The position numbers and the translations under genes are program-made. A stretch of DNA of 11,510 nucleotides, taken from an uncultured Fibrobacterales bacterium. Lineage in GTDB: Bacteria; Fibrobacterota; Fibrobacteria; Fibrobacterales; CAWVXU01. The notes below the pieces were generated by a model, which made no database searches, was not told the origin of the DNA, and worked only from the letters and a program-made list of their open reading frames with translations. The stretch spans positions 1 through 11,510 of the forward strand of contig CAWVXU010000084.1 in the NCBI GenBank assembly GCA_963934255.1, written 5' to 3'. Shown piece by piece: positions 1-6,839 of the stretch (its first letter is position 1; each line of letters opens with the position of its first letter).

Positions 1-2
1 AT

Positions 3-698
3 GCTCGTAGTCAAGGGATAGACAAATTAAAACGTCTTGGATTTCAACCTCGACCAGAAGAGATGTATTCTGCACTTGATTCAACTATGGATTATCTAGA
101 GCAACATCAGATTAAAAACATTGCGCTTCTTGCTCTGCCGGCTCTAGAAGAAGAAGCTAGAGCTGCTGGTATTAAATTATGGCAAGACACAAACTCATGG
201 GATGCCGAAGAATCAAATGACACACCTGATGCAGTCGTTCTGGCTTTTGATAAAAGCTTCACATGGTCTAAGCTTCGATGGGGGATGCGTCACATCAAAA
301 ATGGCGCTCAGTTTATTGCAACTCATCCCGATACTTATTGCCCGACCTCTGGGCTGTATGACCCAGACATTGGATGTTTGATTGCTGCGTTTCAAGCTGC
401 AGAATGCCCAGACCCCATAGTCATCGGTAAGCCATCTGATTTATTTCTCAAAAGCTTTTTAATTAAAAACAATCAAGTCGCCTCAAAGTGTGCATTGATA
501 GGTGATCGGATCTATACTGATATGGTCCTCGCCAATAAATTAAATATGCGCAGTATCTTGACATTGTCGGGTGAGGCCAAACAAATTGATGTGGATAATT
601 TGAAACAAACTGATGATAAAATAAAGATTCAAAACCAATCTATAGGACAGCCTCAGCTTGTGGTAAATTCAGTAGCTGATCTAAGTAATAATTTATAA
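3..698 (+). CDS. HAD-superfamily subfamily IIA hydrolase (NagD/PGP-like sugar or glycerol-phosphate phosphatase), 5'-truncated by the window edge
   Basis: The frame is open from position 3 (ARSQGIDKLKRLGFQPRPEEMYSA, matching the NagD-type KLxxLGxxxxxEExxTS segment), so the ATG at 63 is internal. Cap-domain motifs DAVVLAFD and FIATHPD, motif III IGKP and motif IV LIGDRIYTD...TLSGE are present. Motif I (DxD) lies upstream of the window. Confidence 0.9.
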   Translation, partial: ARSQGIDKLKRLGFQPRPEEMYSALDSTMDYLEQHQIKNIALLALPALEEEARAAGIKLWQDTNSWDAEESNDTPDAVVLAFDKSFTWSKLRWGMRHIKNGAQFIATHPDTYCPTSGLYDPDIGCLIAAFQAAECPDPIVIGKPSDLFLKSFLIKNNQVASKCALIGDRIYTDMVLANKLNMRSILTLSGEAKQIDVDNLKQTDDKIKIQNQSIGQPQLVVNSVADLSNNL

Positions 699-699
699 T

Positions 700-2721
700 C
701 TAATATTCTTTAAGCTCTTGTCTAAATAATATTTCCAAACTCTCCTTAAACTGATCAAAAGTCACGTCTTTGGATTTGAGCTCAGCTATATCTATCTGGG
801 GTAGGATGGTGATGGTTGAATCATAATAACCAGTATGATCACGATTTTCCCAAGCAGCCCGAGTCCCCTGGATAATAGTAGGTTGGATGATGGCACTAAG
901 AGACCAAGCAATTTTCATCCCACCGGGTTTGAAATTTCCTAGTTTACCTGTTTTGGATCGAGTACCTTCTGGAAATAAAACAATGCGAGTAAATTCATTG
1001 TTGGCTTCAAGTTTTTGAAGTGCTCTCATGGCCGAACGATGTTTTTTGCGGTTGACAAAAATACAACCTAGTTTGCGCATCCAATAGTGCAAGATCGGAA
1101 TCCTAGACAGTTCTACCTTGGCGATGAAGCCAAGCTTTTGATTAAAAGCAAGCAGGATCGCTGGGATATCCCCCCAAGATTGGTGATTGGCAATCACAAA
1201 TAGATGACGATCCTTGGGAGCATTAAAATTATGGGAAGATTTGACTTCAGCCTTAAAGCCCATATATTTTAAAACCCATCGACCCCAGGGAATAATGGCG
1301 TGGTCAATCCAAGCGTCTTGAGTTGCACGTTTAGCAAAAGTGTAAGGGGTGTATTTGATCATAATCCACGCCATATAAAGCATAATCATACAAAGGGCAC
1401 GTACACGATGCAGTATTAACATAAAAGCTCTCAAGTTGGTTCTAGGTACTCGAACCTTAAAAAACGGACTCGCGGGGAAAAATTGACTTTTACCACGCCA
1501 TAATCGAACTTTGCAATGTAGTAAATAGAGTCTTGTTTCTGCACGGGTGATAGCGACATAAAAGAGCCGCTCTTCTTCAGCCATCCGTTGAGATTTTTTA
1601 AAAATTTTTGGTTTGACAAAAGACTCCATATGAGGGAATAACCCATACTCCAGCCCGGCGATAAAAACCACTGGATATTGAAGACCTTTGGATGCGTGAA
1701 TACTCAGGACCTGAACGCCTTGATGAATATCATGAGCAATAGGGATGTCAAAATAAGACAACGCGGCTTGAAAATAACCCACCAGCCGATTTAACCTGAC
1801 CAAAATAGCGATACTGTTTAGATTTAAAAAAGGGTGTTGATGTAGGAGGGATTTAATTTCGTCTACTATCCATTCCACTTCATCAAACGAGGTTTTTGAT
1901 TGAATAAATCTTGGCTGGACAATTATTTTAGCAAAGATATCCTGAGGTGTTCTTCCATGTCGTAGTGTTTTCTTGAGGGACTTTTTTTTATCCACAAAAA
2001 GAGCATTGGCTAGATTTAAAATGGGCTGATTTGAACGGTAATTTTTTTCAAGCAAAATAGTGTGTAGAGGACTAAAGTATTGATCCAAACTCATAATCAC
2101 CTTGACATTAGAACCTCGAAAACCATAGATGGCTTGGTCATCATCACCCACAGCAAAGATATGCTGAGGATTGATAGCTTGACAAAACTGAAGCTGCTCA
2201 TCATTGATGTCCTGGAATTCATCAATGAGAAGTGCGTCAGGTTTTTGGAATTGTATTTTCATCTCCCAATCTGTTTTTGCATCCAAATCTATTTCTAGGT
2301 CTTTGCTTTGATTGAGAAGTAATTGAGTTGCTTGTGGAATCCAATCATCGATCACTGTTGGAATATTCATGTGAAAATGAGTCAAAATATTCCGTGCGAT
2401 GATATGAAATGTCTCAAGAGTTTCCGATGAGTTTATATAGTCTTCGCCCTGGCCCTTGAGTATGACTTGAGATCCAACACGATCGAGCTCATGATTTCGT
2501 TTTAAATATCGCTCACGCATTTCTGTAGCAGCTGCCCGAGTAAAGGTCATGCACCAAACATTGAAATCATAAGTCCTTTGTAAATAAATAATACGCTCTA
2601 TGAGTACGGCTGTCTTACCACTGCCGGCTCCTGCAATCACTAGACAATGAGATTTCAGAGGATTGTGTTCTATGGCTTCAACTTGTTGCGGATTAAATGC
2701 TATCATCAACATAAGACGCAT
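700..2721 (-). CDS. Fusion of a compact UvrD/Rep/PcrA-family SF1A helicase (N-terminal ~425 aa) and a PlsC-type 1-acyl-sn-glycerol-3-phosphate/lysophospholipid acyltransferase (C-terminal ~240 aa)
   Basis: Helicase motifs in order: Q motif NPQQVEAI, Walker A AGAGSGKT, Ia TFTRAAATEMRER, TFH, Walker B LIDEFQD, III VGDDDQAIYGFRG, IV LEKNYRS, IVa AILVRLN, V SIHASKGLQY, VI EEERLFYVAITRA. A hydrophobic helix follows, then acyltransferase blocks NHQSWGD (HX4D), FIAKVEL, FVNR and FPEGTRS. The start could be the ATG at 2721, 2712 or 2706. Confidence 0.88.
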   Translation of the reverse strand: MRLMLMIAFNPQQVEAIEHNPLKSHCLVIAGAGSGKTAVLIERIIYLQRTYDFNVWCMTFTRAAATEMRERYLKRNHELDRVGSQVILKGQGEDYINSSETLETFHIIARNILTHFHMNIPTVIDDWIPQATQLLLNQSKDLEIDLDAKTDWEMKIQFQKPDALLIDEFQDINDEQLQFCQAINPQHIFAVGDDDQAIYGFRGSNVKVIMSLDQYFSPLHTILLEKNYRSNQPILNLANALFVDKKKSLKKTLRHGRTPQDIFAKIIVQPRFIQSKTSFDEVEWIVDEIKSLLHQHPFLNLNSIAILVRLNRLVGYFQAALSYFDIPIAHDIHQGVQVLSIHASKGLQYPVVFIAGLEYGLFPHMESFVKPKIFKKSQRMAEEERLFYVAITRAETRLYLLHCKVRLWRGKSQFFPASPFFKVRVPRTNLRAFMLILHRVRALCMIMLYMAWIMIKYTPYTFAKRATQDAWIDHAIIPWGRWVLKYMGFKAEVKSSHNFNAPKDRHLFVIANHQSWGDIPAILLAFNQKLGFIAKVELSRIPILHYWMRKLGCIFVNRKKHRSAMRALQKLEANNEFTRIVLFPEGTRSKTGKLGNFKPGGMKIAWSLSAIIQPTIIQGTRAAWENRDHTGYYDSTITILPQIDIAELKSKDVTFDQFKESLEILFRQELKEY

Positions 2722-2731
2722 CAGGAAGGAT

Positions 2732-2737
2732 ATTATA
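2732..2737 (-). promoter_or_regulatory. Possible sigma70 -10 element (TATAAT) for the helicase-acyltransferase gene
   Basis: A perfect TATAAT on the - strand lies 10 nt before ATG 2721, just downstream of the peptidase terminator. There is no good -35 and no Shine-Dalgarno. Confidence 0.35.
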
Positions 2738-2747
2738 CAAGTTATTT

Positions 2748-2778
2748 AAAAAAAGGTGAGAGGCAAAAACCTCTCACC
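2748..2778 (-). terminator. Intrinsic terminator after the C1 peptidase gene
   Basis: Perfect 9-bp stem GGTGAGAGG (2755-2763) / CCTCTCACC (2770-2778) with a 6-nt loop, followed on the - strand by T7 (A7 at 2748-2754), about 50 nt after the stop at 2830. Confidence 0.85.
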
Positions 2779-2829
2779 AAAATTCAATAGAAATCCTTGC
2801 GTTAAAAACGATTGGAGCATTCATATTTT

Positions 2830-3774
2830 TTATTGCAAAACGACAAAAGCTTCTTTTAATATATCCATCATCACACTATAGTTAACCCATGCACGACCAT
2901 CGGTACCCCAATCTTCACCCCATGAATTAGTGAGTTGAAAGGCATTAATTGAATCGCTATAGCCAGAGACAACAATCGCATGACCAGAGCTAGAACCTTG
3001 ATAATCGTTTTCATCATAATAGTCATTATTAGAATTGAGATAAGTAAAATTATCATCGACATTGATACCGACAAGTAGAGGAACCTTTTCATCCAACCAA
3101 CTTTTCATTTGTTCGATATCTAATGCAATTCTTTTCCACTCCTTTAGTTTGTACTTGGCAGCTTTGGCTTTAAGTAAAGCCCCTTGAGCAGAACACTGAG
3201 AGTCATCATAAGGGAAATCACTCTCCATCACATCGCCATTTTCAACTAGGAATTGAGCCGCAAGGTGAGTGTAGGCTCCGCCGTCACAACCAGAGTCTTT
3301 GATTTGGTTATAGATATAAGCCGGAGAAAATCGACCTTGATTAAACCCTGTTTGATAATCATTGGTCTTGTTGTAATAATAACTGCGAATTGCACTTGAA
3401 GCCCAACCGGTGCAAGAACCTTGATAGCCTTGACTTAATATAGAAGGGAAGTATACCGAAAGGTCCGCTTGGCGAAAGAGGCTCACAGGGATGTCATCTT
3501 CTGGATTGGGGTCAATGGGTTCAGGGTTGTCAGGGATGACAATGACTGTGTCTGGGAGCCTCTCGTACTCAACGGAATCCATTAGGATACCACCAAGCTC
3601 ACCTAGGCCTAGCTCCTCGAGTCCTTGTATTAAGAGAGTATCTAATAATTGATTGAGCTCATCTTCACTAATGTTAAAATCACCGTCTTTGTCTGGATTA
3701 TCTAATAATTCACATGCACTAAAAAAAAGTAAGGATGAGATTGTTAGGAAAGTAAAAAGTTTTTTCTTGATCAT
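2830..3774 (-). CDS. Papain-family (C1A) cysteine peptidase lipoprotein
   Basis: Signal peptide MIKKKLFTFLTISSLLFFSA-C with a lipobox and an acidic Pro-rich linker PDNPEPIDPNPEDDIP. Catalytic residues lie in QGYQGSCTGW (oxyanion Gln and Cys), GHAIVVSGY (His) and NSWGEDWGTDG (Asn). FSPAYIYNQ and GCDGG are typical of bacterial C1A enzymes. Confidence 0.92.
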   Translation of the reverse strand: MIKKKLFTFLTISSLLFFSACELLDNPDKDGDFNISEDELNQLLDTLLIQGLEELGLGELGGILMDSVEYERLPDTVIVIPDNPEPIDPNPEDDIPVSLFRQADLSVYFPSILSQGYQGSCTGWASSAIRSYYYNKTNDYQTGFNQGRFSPAYIYNQIKDSGCDGGAYTHLAAQFLVENGDVMESDFPYDDSQCSAQGALLKAKAAKYKLKEWKRIALDIEQMKSWLDEKVPLLVGINVDDNFTYLNSNNDYYDENDYQGSSSGHAIVVSGYSDSINAFQLTNSWGEDWGTDGRAWVNYSVMMDILKEAFVVLQ

Positions 3775-3793
3775 AGGGGACCGTATTTTAACC

Positions 3794-4198
3794 TTATTTA
3801 AAGTAATAATCTAAAGTGGAGCCAATTTTCTTGAGTTGTACTGTTTTGCTTATAAAGCCTTTCATTACCGCTTGAAGATAAATCGACTTATCTGTATTCA
3901 TTGCATTGGCTGTTATGGCGATAATGGGAGCTTTGAGATCTAGGTGATTTTTTAAAATTGTTTCAGTCAATTCAACTCCATCCATTAGCGGCATTAGCAT
4001 ATCTATAAAGATAACATCATATTCATTTTCTGAAACTAATTTAATTACCTCAATACCATTCTCCGCTAGAGATGTTTTACTGAGAAACTTTTTTTGACGA
4101 GGGTAGCAAAGCCAGATCAAGTCCCACTTTACAACAGCTTTTACTACAACACTAATGTAAGCTATGTTGTGGCCAATAGTGATATATTGAGAAGGCAC
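3794..4198 (-). pseudogene. Truncated, decaying response-regulator receiver (REC) domain of the hybrid-kinase C-terminal type
   Basis: Similarity to REC starts only at ~4066 (AENGIEVIKL...YDVIFIDMLMPLMDG...PIIAITANAM...KGFISKTV). Beta1 with the acidic Mg-binding pair and alpha1 are absent, and the 44 codons from GTG 4198 do not resemble REC. Consensus AGM reads AVM and KP reads KT. Confidence 0.7.
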
Positions 4199-4266
4199 CT
4201 GCTCTACTAACTGCTCTTCCTTTTTTAGGTATGAATCCAGGTTGAGTATTAAAATGAGAATGTAAT

Positions 4267-4275
4267 ATTATAGCA
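4267..4275 (-). promoter_or_regulatory. Extended -10 promoter (TGnTATAAT)
   Basis: The - strand reads TG-C-TATAAT, a perfect extended -10, about 55 nt downstream of the operon terminator and pointing toward the REC remnant and peptidase. Confidence 0.5.
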
Positions 4276-4328
4276 CTTACAGCTTCTTTTACTCTAAGCT
4301 AATTATTCTATAAATACAATTCAAAATT

Positions 4329-4366
4329 AAGAAAAGCGCCAGCTAGATGTAGTTGGCGCTTTTCTT
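4329..4366. terminator. Bidirectional-type intrinsic terminator downstream of the three-gene envelope operon
   Basis: 17-bp arms AAGAAAAGCGCCAGCTA / TAGTTGGCGCTTTTCTT with one non-Watson-Crick position and a GATG loop. U-rich tails on both strands. It lies 35 nt after the stop at 4402. Confidence 0.85.
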
Positions 4367-4401
4367 GAATTATATAGCCTTACTTAAGGTGTTTGTAGTC
4401 T

Positions 4402-5643
4402 TTATTTGATGCTTAATTGAACTGAGTGCCCTTGATAAGAATCAACCGATAGAGTCCCGACACCATCAATCACACCACCATCAAGTGACTCACAAAGTGA
4501 TTCAACCGAGCCCGCATATTTGATATCAAGATCAAGATTGGGTTTATAAAACTTCCTTTGAGTTACATCTTCAGAGTGATTCTGGAAGAAAAATTTCACT
4601 TGCTTGATGTGGCTAAATTTCTTAATTCCTGCTACCGTGATAGTAATGGTTTGACCATCATTAGCTGATTTTCTCCAAGCTTCAACTAGTTTACCAAAGA
4701 ATTGATCTTGTGACTTTTTAGAACTCATCAGGTTTTTGACCGCTTTTTTAAAAGCACGATCGCCTGCAGTCATCTTATTGGGATGAACTTGAGCGGCTTG
4801 TTTGGAACCTGCGGCTAAGATGCGTTGACTCGAGACATTAATCGCTCTTAAGTTAAGCTGAGCTGAAGCTGATTTCATCGAAGTATTTTTGAAGGCTGAG
4901 TGATGAGACATATCTGACTCAGTCGCAATAGCAGTCCCAACGATAATCACATCAGCATTGACTTCTGCACCAAGTAAAGCCGCTGCGGCCGCATCACCAC
5001 CAAAGACGTACTTGAGGTCACGACTTTGAGTTAAGCGAAGTACTTGATTGGCATCCACAACTTCAAATTGGCGTTCTTTAAAAAAGTCAGTCAGAGCAGT
5101 TTCAACCGTACGGTGTTTGTCTTTATTAATAGAGCCCATGTTAGACTCTTCAATAATAAAAGCAATACGAGGATTACCCAAATCTTTCATCAAAAGAAGT
5201 AAGGCTGCGAGGTCTTTTTTTAGACCATCCTCAGAGACTAATGCTTCAATTTTTGTCTGGTAATAACCTTCAGGAGATTTTGTTTCTGAGATGATTTTTA
5301 CCGCTTTAATGTGGCCCATAGTTTGAGAAATAATTTGGTCTTTTTGGACCATAAAATTTTCAACTTCAGTTTTACTGACTAAGTTTTGACCAATGCCTTT
5401 AGCAAGAGCATCACGTTTGGCTTCAAGTAAAGCCTTGGCCTTTGTTGCGCCTATGCCTTGACCTTTGACGGTGATTGACTTGGCGTGACTCTCAGTAGAG
5501 AGTAATATAAGACAGAGACCCACCATTATCATCAAATTATTTTTAAACGAGGAAAAAACAGAAACAGGCGTGGCACCGAAAGATAAAACCTCCGCAAAAT
5601 TTAATCTACGAAGGTTTGAAATATTTGAATTCAGCGAATTCAT
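4402..5643 (-). CDS. Exported protein with an N-terminal FlgT-N/LPP20-like domain, a CsgG/TolB-N-like alpha/beta middle domain and a small C-terminal domain; function unknown
   Basis: Hydrophobic signal LMIMVGLCLILLSTESHA-K. N-domain pattern ITVKGQG..AKAKALLEAKRDAL...G..L.S.T.VENF...D.I....G.I. Middle pattern PRIAFII...VETALTDFFKERQFEVVD...AALLGAEVNADVIIVG...LRAINVSSQRILAA. The ATG at 5643 overlaps the upstream stop (ATGA); an alternative start lies near 5532. Family assignment is by pattern recognition only. Confidence 0.7.
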   Translation of the reverse strand: MNSLNSNISNLRRLNFAEVLSFGATPVSVFSSFKNNLMIMVGLCLILLSTESHAKSITVKGQGIGATKAKALLEAKRDALAKGIGQNLVSKTEVENFMVQKDQIISQTMGHIKAVKIISETKSPEGYYQTKIEALVSEDGLKKDLAALLLLMKDLGNPRIAFIIEESNMGSINKDKHRTVETALTDFFKERQFEVVDANQVLRLTQSRDLKYVFGGDAAAAALLGAEVNADVIIVGTAIATESDMSHHSAFKNTSMKSASAQLNLRAINVSSQRILAAGSKQAAQVHPNKMTAGDRAFKKAVKNLMSSKKSQDQFFGKLVEAWRKSANDGQTITITVAGIKKFSHIKQVKFFFQNHSEDVTQRKFYKPNLDLDIKYAGSVESLCESLDGGVIDGVGTLSVDSYQGHSVQLSIK

Positions 5644-6830
5644 TTACGCAGTTCCTTGATGCGACGGATAATCAAAAGAGCATCAGCACCAGAAACTTTT
5701 GCCATAGGTTGAATCTCACCTTGAAGGTTTGATTTCATGATACCCATGTCGGCCATGTTACAAATTGCGTTATAGTAAGGAGTACCCAGTGGTACGTCTT
5801 TAAAGCGTGAAGCTTCGTTACCTAGATGTTTGGTCGCAAGCTCAGGCTCGTTATTGACTGAAACAAGAATCGCTTCAATAAACATTGAGTAAGCCGAACG
5901 AGTGATTTTTTCAGCAGGATAGAATTTGTGGTCAGGTCCAGCTGTCAGTCCACGCACACCTAGGTTATGAAGATCTAGGATGAAGTTTTTGGCCCAATGT
6001 TTATCAATGTCAAGGATGTCAGCAATCTTCGTTGTCGTTTCAGTTTGCATTTCACGCTCGTCCTTAGGTGCTTCAAAAGTGTTATCATATACCTTGTCAA
6101 CACGCTTCTCAAGAATACGATCAAGCTCGAGTTCGCTAATGAAAAGAGCGGCAACATCAGCCTTAGTGATTTCATCAACTAGAGCAATACGACGACCTAC
6201 TTTAGTACCAGGCGCGGCGCGATTGATTTTCTGTACAAGTTCCCACTGGTCGTTTGCTTCTACTGTGTAGAGCTCATTCATATCAAGAACTTTGCGAAAT
6301 GCTTTCTCTGCTTTACCGAATTTAAGAGCAGACTTATAAAGTACACCGAGGCGGTATTGAGGTTCTGCCATTTTAGGGGCAACTTCGATCGCATCTTCAA
6401 AATACTCTTCAGGTTTTTCATACCAATCTTCATCTTTAGAATCAGTTAATTCATACTGGTAGCGAATACCCATAGCGATGTGCCCGTAAGGGCTTTTATT
6501 ATCAAGGTCAAGTGCCTCATCGGCAAAGTCTTCTGATTTTTCAAAAAGATCTTCCCGTTTGTCTTCGTCTTTTTCAAGAGTTGCTTTGGTTGCAGTGACT
6601 AGCGCCATACCAGCGTGTCCTGGAGCAAATTTTTTATCAAGAGAAAGAGCGAGTTTGAACTCCTCTTGAGCGCGGTCATTTTCACCTTTGTCCCAGTATT
6701 TTTTACCCTGATCAAAATGTGCTTGAGGTGTGTCCATCAGACCTTCGGCAGTACGATTTTTACTACATCCGACAAGAGAGGTAATAAGCGCAGTAGTTAG
6801 GACCGCTGTTGATAATTTAAAAAGTTTCAT
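5640..6830 (-). CDS. Lipoprotein with TPR repeats and C-terminal S-layer homology (SLH) domains
   Basis: Lipobox SLVG-C and RBS AAGGA. TPR-like units AHFDQGKKYW..AQEEFKLALSLD, GHAGMALV and QYRLGVLY..AEKAFRKVLDMN. SLH-like units DIDKHWAKNFI...G..D.KFYPAEKITRSAY and FKDVPLGTPYYNAICNMADMGIM..G.IQP..VSGADAL, plus a partial ITKADVAALF. Confidence 0.82.
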   Translation of the reverse strand: MKLFKLSTAVLTTALITSLVGCSKNRTAEGLMDTPQAHFDQGKKYWDKGENDRAQEEFKLALSLDKKFAPGHAGMALVTATKATLEKDEDKREDLFEKSEDFADEALDLDNKSPYGHIAMGIRYQYELTDSKDEDWYEKPEEYFEDAIEVAPKMAEPQYRLGVLYKSALKFGKAEKAFRKVLDMNELYTVEANDQWELVQKINRAAPGTKVGRRIALVDEITKADVAALFISELELDRILEKRVDKVYDNTFEAPKDEREMQTETTTKIADILDIDKHWAKNFILDLHNLGVRGLTAGPDHKFYPAEKITRSAYSMFIEAILVSVNNEPELATKHLGNEASRFKDVPLGTPYYNAICNMADMGIMKSNLQGEIQPMAKVSGADALLIIRRIKELRK

Positions 6831-6839
6831 TTTATTTCC

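Noticed and set aside
213..395. 60-aa minus-strand ORF
   Set aside because: Antisense shadow inside the HAD-IIA gene with no recognisable motifs.
1431..1646. 71-aa alternative-frame ORF inside the helicase gene
   Set aside because: It overlaps conserved helicase motif VI and is not an independent gene. Only its last codons matter, as the +1 exit frame discussed in the findings.
2080..3092. ORFs 2080..2298 (+) and 2871..3092 (-)
   Set aside because: They lie wholly within well-supported genes. The Met/Ile-rich composition of 2871..3092 is the off-frame reading of Asp/Asn/Tyr codons.
1982..3728. A8/T8 runs at 1982-1989 and 3721-3728 as phase-variation tracts
   Set aside because: Such runs are common in AT-rich DNA, and here they encode ordinary Lys or Phe/Leu stretches in frame.
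4103..4210. Lysine, cobalamin or glycine riboswitch, or 6S RNA, suggested by GUAGAGCAGGUGCC...GCUAC
   Set aside because: Only short fragments resemble the consensus sequences, the core motifs are missing, and the downstream genes do not fit those regulons.
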